NCBI GenBank assembly: GCA_964556685.1
Contig: CAZKWX010000001.1
Location: 95,854-159,853 of the forward strand
DNA: 64,000 nucleotides
From: an uncultured Bdellovibrionales bacterium
GTDB lineage: Bacteria > Patescibacteriota > Minisyncoccia > Moranbacterales > DUUL01
Reading direction: 5' to 3'
Below the pieces are notes generated by a model. It did no database searches. It was given only the letters and a program-made list of their open reading frames with translations, and had not been told where the DNA came from. This document shows, one piece after another, positions 1 to 9,861 of this stretch (the first letter of the stretch is position 1; each line of letters opens with the position of its first letter). Position numbers and translations under genes: made by a program.

Positions 1-661
1 ACCCACGGAATTTTCGTCGATTTGAAATGTGGAGCATCTTGTAATGCCCATCCGTCCTCTCAAGTTGAGAGTCCGCCGCTCTACCCATCTGGCTATCTGC
101 GGCTTAAATGGAATAGCATGCGGGATCCTTTTCTGGTAATCAGCCCAATTTCTAGCGTGGATAATAAACACACCAATATTTTCAGCCATTTTTTGCCACC
201 CCCTCTAGTCAATTTGAAAGTTATAGACTTATATTTTTTAAAACGGTGAATAAAAAATTAATTGTCAATGAAACATTTCTGTCTTATATTTATCTGTCTG
301 CAAGACAGAATTGGTTTAATCTAGAAATATTCTAGGCTAAACTAATCCAATCTTTTATAAACAAAAATCAACCCAAAAGTTGACTCTGATCTAGTTTAAA
401 GTTCATTGATAGACCGCAAAACACTCCTACCTTGACATAAGCTTTATTTTCTACTTTAATATTTGTTTTTGCCAGGCGCAACCTCCTATTCATTTGGTTG
501 ATTTAGATAATTATGCACCTAGTATCTTTATAACATAATACAAAATATTTGTAAAGTACCTTCGGACATAACCTGTGGATAACTTTTTTAAGCCCTTTAC
601 TTTAAGTTTTTATGGTGATATACTTTTGTAAACTAATATTGGACATAAATTTACAATATCG

Positions 662-1405
662 ATGATGATCAAATATGATCCTCTTCCGGAGGAGCTACGA
701 AAATTAGGACTAGACAAAAAAGAAGCAGATATTTATTTAACCCTTTTGGAAATGGGCCCTTCTACCGTTCAAGAACTTGCTAGAGCCGTCGATTTGAGTC
801 GTCCTACTGTTTATCGAGTGCTGGATGATCTTCAAAGCAAGCAACTGGCCACTAAAGGAAAGGAAAATAAACGAACATTTTTCACAGCTAATTCTCCCGA
901 TTCCCTTCTGAGAGTGCTCAAGGTGAAAAGAAGGAGAGCTGAAGAGCAAGAAAGAGAATTTTTGCGGATTATTTCTGTTTTGCAAACAAAATATCATCTG
1001 CTTTCTGACACAAATGAAATTAAGACCTATCGTGGATCACATGGAAAGAAAATGGTCCTAGATGATCTCTCTTCTACCGGTTCAAAAAGTATCTACGTTT
1101 TGTATTCCAAAAGAAACGGGGTTGATCCAAAAAAACTACACTTGATTTATAGAAAAATTAAAAAACGCCAGGGGAGTTTGTCAGTCAAGGAGCTATATAG
1201 GAAAAATTTACCCGAGAATATTCCTTCTTATATTAAAACTAGAACTTCTCCAGAAGTACCAAATTTTGACACCAGCACTTTTGTCATTTCAGATAAATTT
1301 TTCTTTTTTGAAAAGGACAAAATCTTTGTCATTGAACAAGAAAATATTGTTAAGATGATGAAGATTCTTCACAAGACATTTTGGAATTGTGCTTCTGAAA
1401 AATAA
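662..1405 (+). CDS. TrmB-family HTH transcriptional regulator
   Basis: N-terminal winged-helix segment (LGLDKKEADIYLTLLEMGPSTVQELARAVDLSRPTVYRVLDDL) is typical of TrmB-type sugar regulators. The 247-aa ORF is intact. Confidence 0.55.
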   Translation: MMIKYDPLPEELRKLGLDKKEADIYLTLLEMGPSTVQELARAVDLSRPTVYRVLDDLQSKQLATKGKENKRTFFTANSPDSLLRVLKVKRRRAEEQEREFLRIISVLQTKYHLLSDTNEIKTYRGSHGKKMVLDDLSSTGSKSIYVLYSKRNGVDPKKLHLIYRKIKKRQGSLSVKELYRKNLPENIPSYIKTRTSPEVPNFDTSTFVISDKFFFFEKDKIFVIEQENIVKMMKILHKTFWNCASEK

Positions 1406-1525
1406 ATTATTATAAATTACCTCCACCTGAGATATCTCAGGTGGAGGTATATTTGGATTTTAAAAGGACAGTTGCTCGCGCGACTGCCCTTTTTTTATTC
1501 CTTTCGTTGAAGGTTAAAAAACTTG

Positions 1526-2791
1526 TTAAAAATACCAGATAAAGCTAGCTCCGATCATAGGTCCTTCTATGGCGGCCCACGCGTTCGTAACTGCTTTAGG
1601 GATTCCCTGATCATCACCATCGTGATAGGTGCCAATCAGTGAAAGTTCCCAGTCGCACTCCGCTGGAGAAAAAGATATTTCTAATGAAGCGTACCTCCCA
1701 TTGAGTTCACGGTTGTGGGCCCCTTCGAGACGGGCCTCCCAGGCTTCTTCAGGAGATGTCCAGTTGAGCCCACCCATAAGGGTTAGCCCTTCAGTTATCC
1801 GCCGGTAGTCCAGCCCTGGCTCGCCTTCTTTGCCCGTCCCATGTCGTTCAACATCACTCAGGCCAAGCTCTAGGACAAAACTATCTCCGGAAGCGAAGAC
1901 GTTTTGGAATATCTTTTCGCATTCAATAACACCTAGGGTAAAATTGCGATAGTTGTCTGGAAAATATCCAGCAATACCACCCTTGACTGTCCACCCCAGA
2001 ATGTCTGTCCTGAGTGAAAAACCAGCGCTAGTTTGCTCGGCAAACAATGGTGTGACTTCTCTGGTCATCATGTCGACATCGACATCCACAACTGCGTTTG
2101 CATGTCCTCGTTGAGCAAAAAAGTTATAAGCAATATTCCCAATTTCATCCATCCAACGCAAACCTACTGAGTAGTTCCTTTCTTGCTCCGGATCTGAGTA
2201 ACCCAACACTGAAAGAGGTAGCGAACGGGTATTTGGATTATCGGGATCGATTGCCAGATACGACATATTCGCTGCCATACCAATTAACTCCAACCGCGAT
2301 TCGAACAACTTGATAGAAGCTCCCCATTGGCCGATTGGATCTTCTCCCAACATCCGATATGGGTAAACAGACTGATCCCAGCCCACAAAAGGGCTTAGAC
2401 CCACTGAGCTGAAATTGACATAGTTAATATTTTCAGACTCAAATGTCTGCTTTCCGACTCGGACATTAACACCGAAGGAAAGATCGATAAATGCTTCACG
2501 AAGAGACACATATGGATCTTGGCCCTTGCTGTGAACAAAATCGACTCGATTATGTATATCGGGATCGCTGGTCCGCCCTTCCAGTGAAGCCCTTAATCCT
2601 CTCAACACTGAATCTTTCTCGTTGTAGTATTCGACATTGCCTTTCACGCTCAAGACAGTGTACCCTTTTTCATCTACTTGCAAACCGGATAATTTAACCT
2701 CACCGGTATAAATAACAGCTCCGAAAACTACAGGTAACCAGACAATCTGGATAAGCAGCACGATAAGTGTCGTTATCAAATTTTTTCTCAT
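1526..2791 (-). CDS. outer-membrane beta-barrel protein (DUF1302-like)
   Basis: N-terminal signal peptide. The protein is rich in alternating amphipathic stretches. The C-terminus ...GASFIWYF matches the OMP beta-signal with a terminal Phe. The gene sits next to the LolA-like and RND genes. Confidence 0.45.
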   Translation of the reverse strand: MRKNLITTLIVLLIQIVWLPVVFGAVIYTGEVKLSGLQVDEKGYTVLSVKGNVEYYNEKDSVLRGLRASLEGRTSDPDIHNRVDFVHSKGQDPYVSLREAFIDLSFGVNVRVGKQTFESENINYVNFSSVGLSPFVGWDQSVYPYRMLGEDPIGQWGASIKLFESRLELIGMAANMSYLAIDPDNPNTRSLPLSVLGYSDPEQERNYSVGLRWMDEIGNIAYNFFAQRGHANAVVDVDVDMMTREVTPLFAEQTSAGFSLRTDILGWTVKGGIAGYFPDNYRNFTLGVIECEKIFQNVFASGDSFVLELGLSDVERHGTGKEGEPGLDYRRITEGLTLMGGLNWTSPEEAWEARLEGAHNRELNGRYASLEISFSPAECDWELSLIGTYHDGDDQGIPKAVTNAWAAIEGPMIGASFIWYF

Positions 2792-2801
2792 TTTTTCCTC
2801 C

Positions 2802-3605
2802 TCACCATTTCCAACCTTTTGGTTGACCTAAACGCAGAGATTCCGCGTTAAGTGTGAATTCTCTTTCAAACACTCTTCTCTCGATTTTAAGCTTTGTCCG
2901 CCCCTCTTTTGAGAGGATCACTATAACACCCGGACGCCAAAATTCTCCGACTTCCAGACTGTCATTTTCTAGTGTTTTTAGCCATTTACCCTTGTCACTG
3001 TAATAGTCAATTCCTTTGACAACGAGCATGCCTCTTCTTTCTAATAATCGAAAAATGCGCGTGGCATAATCACCGTCTCTTGACTTCTTAGGCGAAACAA
3101 CGATATTCATTTTTTTAGTCCCACTGAATGAATAATTAAAATGGTCAATTCTTTTTAATTCCCCGAAAAGAAGTGACCAGATATCCGCCTCGGAAGCCTG
3201 TGTGCCTCGGGTCTTCGGCGAAAAACCACTGGGCTTAGGTGCGGGTCTTCTATTTCTCCTGTTGTTAACGAATTCATTTGTTAAGCCAAAAAGGTCACCG
3301 TCTGAATTAGCAAGAAAAAGCGAACCTGGTCTTTTTGCAGGATTCCTAGACCAACCAATGTTGATTTGTGCATTCCCGTCTACATGATTGATCCAGGCTT
3401 CAACTGTGCGAGGTTTTTTTCTACCACCGGTCGAATCTTCCTCGGCTTGAAAAGCCTCAAATTGAACATTGCCAGTGTACCCCTTCCAAGTCCTTTCCAT
3501 TATCGACTTGGCTAACGGATCAGAATCCGTACCAGCCATCACAGAAAATGGATAAAGGATTATGCAAATCGTAACCAGCAATACTACATGATTTTTCAAC
3601 ATCAT
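2802..3605 (-). CDS. LolA-like outer membrane lipoprotein-sorting family protein
   Basis: Signal peptide and a ~250-aa soluble domain. The composition and length are typical of LolA-like proteins that accompany MMPL/RND exporters. The assignment rests on the gene context and the general family look, not on a specific motif. Confidence 0.4.
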   Translation of the reverse strand: MMLKNHVVLLVTICIILYPFSVMAGTDSDPLAKSIMERTWKGYTGNVQFEAFQAEEDSTGGRKKPRTVEAWINHVDGNAQINIGWSRNPAKRPGSLFLANSDGDLFGLTNEFVNNRRNRRPAPKPSGFSPKTRGTQASEADIWSLLFGELKRIDHFNYSFSGTKKMNIVVSPKKSRDGDYATRIFRLLERRGMLVVKGIDYYSDKGKWLKTLENDSLEVGEFWRPGVIVILSKEGRTKLKIERRVFEREFTLNAESLRLGQPKGWKW

Positions 3606-3666
3606 GAACTCCTTTTTTGTTCTGGTGCCGGGAGGGTTCTCCCGGCACCTTGGTTTAAATGTCTCA

Positions 3667-6426
3667 TCAGACTTTTATCCCCCGATGATACGTAACAACG
3701 TATCGCATCAACGGAGACACCAGAAGAATGGTTGCCATGAGACAAAGGAAAATTACCATTTCTTCCAGCCTCCCCAACATGGCCACGGGCATTGCTAGTG
3801 AAAAGCAGAGCCCTACAAACATGAGCATGTTGGTGACGCAGTCACCGCAAACATCAACAGCAGCGTTGACCATTTCTTTTTTCCTAATTACTAGGCCAAA
3901 AAGCTGGCTTTTACTGATGATTACCATTGTTTCATCGCTGAGTGCCAAGGTGCAATACCACCCCAGCATCAATAATGGGAAATCCACCGCAATTGTAACT
4001 GCAATTGGTCCGATCGTGGTATTGGCGATATCCATGGGCATACCGAACGCCCACATCGCTAGATACATTCCAGCCTGCGCCACGATAAATGGCACGGCCG
4101 TCACCACTCCTAACATCAAGAATGATACTGTCCAGGCGCTGTCTGACTTTCTAAAATGTCTTTTGAACGCCACGCCCGCCATCAGGATGACTACCAGTTG
4201 AAGTAAGAAGTTGAACAGAAAGCTGTTCTTCATAATTACTCTGTCGGACCCGACCCAGCGAGCTAAACCGCTAGGAAATCTGTTTGGTAAGGAGAAAATT
4301 CTTTCCACCTCATTTTCGATGAACACCATGACATTTCTCATGTCAGGTGTCGGCTGCTCTCCGGTGGAAACTTTGAGTAGGAAGTCACAGCGTGAGTTTT
4401 CTTCCGTTGGGCGCTCCATGCTTCTGCGAGCCAGATACGATTCTCCCCAACGGGCTTTACTGTAGCTCCAGACCTCATTCCAGGTTTGGATCAGTGTCTC
4501 GCGTATGCGGGTGGCGATGTTAAGATCAGTAAGCTCAATTCCCTCATCCAAGAGATCTTCGATCGCCAGCTCTCTTAAAAAGGAACTGACAACCCGACCT
4601 TCTTCGTAGCCAAAGTCCTGCAGACGTAGAACAAAATCGTCAACGGGAGAGTAGGCTCGAACTACCAGCCTATCTCGCTCAAGGCTATTTCTAAGGTCAA
4701 CGAGCTTGTCGATAACCAACGGATCGCCCAAGTCGATCTTTTCAAGCGTGGGCGTGAAAATATTCGATCCAGGTCGTCCTTCTTTGGCCAGCTCCTGATG
4801 GAGTTTGGCCTGTTGATTATCGGACAGGTAGGGCTCTGGATCATTTTGCTTACCAAGAAAAAACGTTGGCAAGACAAAATAGAAAATCAACGAAACTGCT
4901 GCGATTGACCAACAAACTTTGGTACTATGTCGCCACAGTACCCATCGACTGAAAATCCAGCTGATGGTTCTATTCAAAAAGTTGTTGACCGTTCGTGACC
5001 ACCGTGACAACTTGCCTTGAGATTGCTCAATTTTCTCGTTAGCTCCGCCAATTAAATAATATAGAATCGGCAGAAAGTTACGACACAGCCAGTAGGAAAT
5101 GATTATGGCTGAAATTGCCACTATGCTAACTTGAAAAATTGATTGAGAGCCTTTCAGATGACGGATATTCAACGCGACTGCAAAATCCGCGATGGAAATT
5201 GCAAACACCACTGTCACCATCCAGAGTTTAGATTTGACACTTTCCCATCGTTGCCAGTATTCGCCGGTACTACGACCGAGCTCTTTGGCGTGATGAAAGT
5301 TGAATGAGACACTAGACGCCAACGCAACAATAAACGCTACGCTGGTGTAGACATCTTCATTCGAGTGCCAAATGTAATCATTAGCCAGCCACAGAATTGC
5401 CTGACTAATTGGATCGTCACCGGTTATGGACTGATTAGCCCATTGAATAAAATCACTTAATGCGCCAATTGTTCCACGTGCAAACGCGAAACAACAGAGA
5501 ATGTTTAACCAGACTGCAAATGCTTGACGCCAAGATCCCAACAGAACTGTCAGAAAAAATGGAGCCAGACAAAGCATTATCGTACACATGAGGTAAGCAA
5601 ATAATGCGCAAACCGCTGTGACGATGTAACGTCCTCTCGACCAGCTGTACATTCCGTTGAGCTTGTTCTCCTCGTTTAGGGGGAAGCCTAAGTCGGCTTT
5701 AACCGTAATAACCTCCCCGGAATCAAGCTCTAACACGAAATTATTAAATGATGAATGCAGCTCATACCGAGGTTTGAGGTTTAATTCAAACCAAGTCCAC
5801 AAATTTTTTAGATCGAAACTAAAAACCAGTTCTCGCAAACTCCAGTTAAGGTCATAATCCTCTTCGCCCATAAAAAACAGGCTCAAGTATTGATTAAAAA
5901 CCTTTTCGTCCATCTCTTGATCGGGAATGAACAAGATTTGGGTGTAGATATAGTTTTCACTCCTCTCTGTCTTCACTCGACCAAGCAAATCGTCTCTCAA
6001 ACTACGCTTGGCATAGTTTTCTTCAAACCATTTTACCGGGTCGAAGTTTTCGTCCAGCACCATCTTCGAGGTGATAAAGTATCCCCTCGAATCCATTCGC
6101 GTGGCCAACGACGATATATCAACATTGATCCCACGGTCGTGGAAAAAATAGCGTCCCCGCTTAGCCATATTTTCAATAGCTAATAAGTTATCGCGGGTCA
6201 CTTTTCTCATGGGGATATACTTGGGCACAGCACAATCGCTGTATTCAATCTTAGATATTTCCTTTAGATATCTTTCGTCCTGCGCATAGCGGCTATCGCC
6301 ACGCAGCGCATATTTGACCATGGAAATCACATCCACGGCCCAATTTCCTTCCCAGCCTAAAACATAAAACATAGCCAGAAATATCGTTACCGTACTCGTG
6401 ATCTTCCATTTCAATTTCATTTTCAA
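3667..6426 (-). CDS. RND/MMPL-superfamily exporter (12-TM, two large periplasmic loops)
   Basis: The 919-aa protein has an N-terminal TM, a large soluble loop and a block of 5 TM helices. A second loop and a second TM block follow. This is the classic RND/MMPL topology. Confidence 0.6.
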   Translation of the reverse strand: MKMKLKWKITSTVTIFLAMFYVLGWEGNWAVDVISMVKYALRGDSRYAQDERYLKEISKIEYSDCAVPKYIPMRKVTRDNLLAIENMAKRGRYFFHDRGINVDISSLATRMDSRGYFITSKMVLDENFDPVKWFEENYAKRSLRDDLLGRVKTERSENYIYTQILFIPDQEMDEKVFNQYLSLFFMGEEDYDLNWSLRELVFSFDLKNLWTWFELNLKPRYELHSSFNNFVLELDSGEVITVKADLGFPLNEENKLNGMYSWSRGRYIVTAVCALFAYLMCTIMLCLAPFFLTVLLGSWRQAFAVWLNILCCFAFARGTIGALSDFIQWANQSITGDDPISQAILWLANDYIWHSNEDVYTSVAFIVALASSVSFNFHHAKELGRSTGEYWQRWESVKSKLWMVTVVFAISIADFAVALNIRHLKGSQSIFQVSIVAISAIIISYWLCRNFLPILYYLIGGANEKIEQSQGKLSRWSRTVNNFLNRTISWIFSRWVLWRHSTKVCWSIAAVSLIFYFVLPTFFLGKQNDPEPYLSDNQQAKLHQELAKEGRPGSNIFTPTLEKIDLGDPLVIDKLVDLRNSLERDRLVVRAYSPVDDFVLRLQDFGYEEGRVVSSFLRELAIEDLLDEGIELTDLNIATRIRETLIQTWNEVWSYSKARWGESYLARRSMERPTEENSRCDFLLKVSTGEQPTPDMRNVMVFIENEVERIFSLPNRFPSGLARWVGSDRVIMKNSFLFNFLLQLVVILMAGVAFKRHFRKSDSAWTVSFLMLGVVTAVPFIVAQAGMYLAMWAFGMPMDIANTTIGPIAVTIAVDFPLLMLGWYCTLALSDETMVIISKSQLFGLVIRKKEMVNAAVDVCGDCVTNMLMFVGLCFSLAMPVAMLGRLEEMVIFLCLMATILLVSPLMRYVVTYHRGIKV

Positions 6427-6727
6427 TCCTTTCTGTCCACTTTATAAGACATTTAAGTGTATTCGTTTTTCAAAGATAAATGATCTAAAAATTTTTGTTA
6501 CTTTCAGACAATCTCCTTCCAAAATTCTAGTCTTTCACGGACTAAAAACCTGACAGAAATTGCCTGTTCAAACACTCGTAGCCGTTCTTTTTTAACGCCG
6601 AAATGTAGCATGATTAAAGCTTTTTGTCAAACAAAAAAGACCCTCCTCAGGTCCCTCGTCAAATATTTAAAGTGACCGAATTTTAACACAGAAGAAACTA
6701 AAGAAAAAGAAGTTATCCACATTCCTA

Positions 6728-6756
6728 TTGTCACCTTTTCCAGAAAAGTGTATAAT
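6728..6756 (+). promoter_or_regulatory. sigma70-like promoter (TTGTCA-N17-TATAAT) upstream of the 6806 gene
   Basis: The consensus hexamers TTGTCA (6728-6733) and TATAAT (6751-6756) are 17 nt apart. A GGAGG lies at 6775-6779. Confidence 0.45.
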
Positions 6757-6805
6757 TGAGACAACTTCAAACACGGAGGGTAAAATTCAATCTTAAAAAT
6801 AAAAC

Positions 6806-7618
6806 ATGAAAACAATTAAGTACTTGGTCATGCTTTTTGTGGCAGCTGCATTGGTGTTGCCATTGTCAACGCATGCCCTTTCGGGAACTGGAGTAGACAA
6901 TACCAAGATTAAAGCTGACGCAAAACATGGAGGAGAGTGGTTTCGTGCTTTCATTAAAAGAACTGATGACAAAGGAGTCTTAAAGGCAAAAAACCTGCCC
7001 CCTGGTTGGTATAAATTCGAGGTACGTAAAGAGGATGAGCGGGCTGGTCAAACTTTGGCAGTAGAACTGAGAATGTTAGACCGAGATGGGAGAAGAATAA
7101 AAGAGCGCACCAATGTTTATTTGTGGCAAATGGTGAGTGGTACAAAAGTTTCCGCTGGCACGCTTCGCACTGACAAGGATGGGTGGATCAAAGTCGCTGG
7201 TTTGAGTTTCAACACCGAATATAAAATGGATATCACCGAAAAAGACCACTCCCATGTCAGTAAAAAAGATGGACAGCCTAGAATTAAAGTGAAAACCAAA
7301 ATTAAAGGAGATTGGTTCAAGAGTTCTTATGCTCGAACCGATGAAAACATGGTCTTTGAAATGAAAGACGTTCTGCCTGGTAAGTATAAATTCAAGTACA
7401 AGAGTGGCGACCGAGATCCAGCGCTCCCTTTCGTAATTAAGGCTCAGATGCGGAATGATAAGGGGAAAAAGATAAAAGAGCCTACTCCAGTTAATTTGTA
7501 CGTCTATATCAACAAAGTTCGCACTCCCGTTGGAGTATTAATGACTGATGATGAAGGATGGATAACTATACCTGGAGTGATGACTGGCATGAAATATAAG
7601 ATCGAAGTGGACGACTAG
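6806..7618 (+). CDS. secreted protein with internally duplicated domain pair (prealbumin/CarboxypepD_reg-like)
   Basis: Signal peptide. There are two A-B repeat units: WFRAFIKRTDDKGVLKAKNLPPGWYKFEV with WFKSSYARTDENMVFEMKDVLPGKYKFKY, and TDKDGWIKVAGL with TDDEGWITIPGV. Confidence 0.5.
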   Translation: MKTIKYLVMLFVAAALVLPLSTHALSGTGVDNTKIKADAKHGGEWFRAFIKRTDDKGVLKAKNLPPGWYKFEVRKEDERAGQTLAVELRMLDRDGRRIKERTNVYLWQMVSGTKVSAGTLRTDKDGWIKVAGLSFNTEYKMDITEKDHSHVSKKDGQPRIKVKTKIKGDWFKSSYARTDENMVFEMKDVLPGKYKFKYKSGDRDPALPFVIKAQMRNDKGKKIKEPTPVNLYVYINKVRTPVGVLMTDDEGWITIPGVMTGMKYKIEVDD

Positions 7619-7633
7619 AGAATCTTTCAATAG

Positions 7634-7665
7634 AAAAAGCCCTAGCGAGAGCCGGGGCTTTTTTG
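7634..7665 (+). terminator. rho-independent terminator after the 6806..7618 gene
   Basis: GCCC...GGGC stem followed by a T7 run. Confidence 0.5.
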
Positions 7666-7862
7666 ATACGAGTTATCTATAGAGTACGAATTATCTATAG
7701 AGATATCTCTATAGATGGTTGATACGAGTTATTTAAATACCTATTAAAATTGCAATTTAAATGGCCATTTTTCGCTCCACTAACATTCTGACATTCTTGC
7801 TTGCCCCGTGGAGTCATTCCACTGGGGAGAATGTTAGAATGTTGTTTTGAATAGCAACTCCG

Positions 7863-9701
7863 CTATTCAACCGTGACACTCTTGGCCAAATTTCTCGGCT
7901 TGTCTACATCGTAACCTAACCCAACTCCCACATGATAGGCGAAAAGTTGAGCTGGGATGACACTCAGAAGTGGTGTGAGCATTTCTAGTGTTTTGGGAAT
8001 ATAAATCACATCATCGGCTAACCGGCTGATCTTCCTGTCCCCTTCCGTTGCTACTGCAACAATTTTTCCACCTCGTGCCTTAATCTCCTCCATTCCACTG
8101 AGAACCTTCTCATAAACGCTGTCGCTTGGCACGATAAAGAAAGAAGGAAAATTCTTGTCTACCAAGGCAATCGGACCGTGTTTCATTTCTCCCGCTGCAT
8201 ATCCTTCGGCATGAACATAAGAAATTTCTTTTATTTTCAGCGCCCCTTCCATGGCAATAGGATAATTATATTTGCGACCGAGATAGAGCCAATCATTATA
8301 TTTCTTGTATTTCATCGCAATCTTTTTGATCTCGTTTTCTTTTTTCAATATTTTTTCAATCAGCCTGGGAATTTCTTTTAACTCTTGGGCGATTCTCTTT
8401 CCCATCACAAATGACATCTGACGTTGCCGTCCCAAACTCACCGCTAAGAGTGCCAAGATAGAAAGCTGCGAAGTAAACGCTTTGGTTGAAGCGACACCAA
8501 TTTCCGGACCAGCATGGTTATATACACCAGCATCAGTTTCTCGAGCAATAGTTGAGCCTACCACGTTGACGATGCCTAATGTGAGTGCACCTTTAAGCTT
8601 TCCCTCTCGAATTGCTTCCAAAGTGTCCGCCGTTTCTCCAGATTGGGAGATGGCTAAAATTGCCGTTCTTTCATCAATCACTGGTTTGCGATAGCGATAT
8701 TCACTGGCGAATTCTACTTCGACTGGAAGACCGGCATATTCTTCGATCATATACTCTCCTACCAAGCCAGCATAGGAAGAGGTGCCACAACTGACGATCA
8801 CTAGTTTATTGATTTTCCGCAATCTATCTTCCACTTCTCTAAGTCCACCCAAAATCGGCTGGGAGTCATCTTTGATTAGCCGATCTACTCGTCCTCGAAT
8901 AGCATTTTCAATCGCTTCTGGTTGTTCATGGATTTCCTTGAGCATGAAATGTTTGTAGCCCTGTTTTTGAGCCTTCTCAGCCGTCCAGGCAAGCCTGGAT
9001 GTTTTTTTGTCTACTTTTCCTTTGCCAATTTCCACCACTCGATAGGAATCTTTTTCAATTTCTGCCACTTCTCCATCGTTTAAATAAACAACTCGTTGCG
9101 TATAATTAATAATAGCTGAAGCATCCGAAGCCACGATATATTCATCCTTGCCGATTCCAAAAAGCAATGGACTGCCTTTTCGTGCAATGACTAGTTTCTC
9201 AGATTCCTTTTTTGACACAACTGCCAAGCCATATGTTCCTTCAACTTGCTTCAAAGCTTTTTGGACTGCCTCAAATAGCGAAGCTTTTTTAGACTCCTCT
9301 TCAATCAGATGAGCGAGCACTTCTGTGTCAGTCTCTGATGTAAATTTATGCCCTTTCTTTTGAAGTCGGTTGCGTAGTTGAGCATAGTTTTCGATGATTC
9401 CATTGTGAACCACAAAAATTTCTCCCTGACAATCTCCATGAGGATGGGCATTTCTAACTGATGGTTTTCCGTGAGTAGCCCAACGAGTGTGAGCGATCCC
9501 GACACAACCCTCTGTTTTGTTTCCGCTTAATTTATTTTCTAATTCGGTCACTTTCCCCACTGCTCTATTTGCTTTAATTTTATTGCCATCACAAACTGCA
9601 ATTCCTGCGCTGTCATAGCCACGATATTCCAGTCTTCTCAGCCCCTCCATGAGTACTGGCAAAGCCCTTTGCTTGCCAATGTAGCCAACAATACCACACA
9701 T
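7863..9701 (-). CDS. glmS: glutamine--fructose-6-phosphate aminotransferase
   Basis: N-terminal MCGIVGY... class-II glutamine amidotransferase with two SIS domains. 612 aa. A GGAG SD lies upstream. Confidence 0.93.
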   Translation of the reverse strand: MCGIVGYIGKQRALPVLMEGLRRLEYRGYDSAGIAVCDGNKIKANRAVGKVTELENKLSGNKTEGCVGIAHTRWATHGKPSVRNAHPHGDCQGEIFVVHNGIIENYAQLRNRLQKKGHKFTSETDTEVLAHLIEEESKKASLFEAVQKALKQVEGTYGLAVVSKKESEKLVIARKGSPLLFGIGKDEYIVASDASAIINYTQRVVYLNDGEVAEIEKDSYRVVEIGKGKVDKKTSRLAWTAEKAQKQGYKHFMLKEIHEQPEAIENAIRGRVDRLIKDDSQPILGGLREVEDRLRKINKLVIVSCGTSSYAGLVGEYMIEEYAGLPVEVEFASEYRYRKPVIDERTAILAISQSGETADTLEAIREGKLKGALTLGIVNVVGSTIARETDAGVYNHAGPEIGVASTKAFTSQLSILALLAVSLGRQRQMSFVMGKRIAQELKEIPRLIEKILKKENEIKKIAMKYKKYNDWLYLGRKYNYPIAMEGALKIKEISYVHAEGYAAGEMKHGPIALVDKNFPSFFIVPSDSVYEKVLSGMEEIKARGGKIVAVATEGDRKISRLADDVIYIPKTLEMLTPLLSVIPAQLFAYHVGVGLGYDVDKPRNLAKSVTVE

Positions 9702-9805
9702 AGTTTTATTTGCTCCGCCCCTTGTATGGGGTTGGGATTTTAATTTTTATATAAATTTTATCATAAAATCTTACGCATCGATTATAGCAGAAATTAAAAA
9801 ATAGC

Positions 9806-9834
9806 AAAGACACGGAATTTCCGTGCCTTTTTTA
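9806..9834. terminator. bidirectional hairpin terminator downstream of glyQS
   Basis: CACGG-aattt-CCGTG stem with T-runs on both strands. Confidence 0.45.
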
Positions 9835-9861
9835 TTGTCTTATTTAAATCATTGTACATAT

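Noticed and set aside
22-249. 75-aa ORF at the window start
   Set aside because: It lies in an AT-rich non-coding stretch. It has no RBS, no recognisable domain and low-complexity composition. It is probably spurious.
1526-6426. Horizontal transfer of the OMP/LolA/RND module inferred from GC content
   Set aside because: Hand counts of several 60-nt windows gave 38-53% GC inside versus ~45% in a neighbouring housekeeping gene. There is no convincing compositional anomaly.
9702-9860. glmS ribozyme upstream of glmS
   Set aside because: Only a simple hairpin (ccccatacaagggg) and an SD are present. The region is largely the glyQS terminator. No P2.1/P2 core-like conserved sequence is recognisable.
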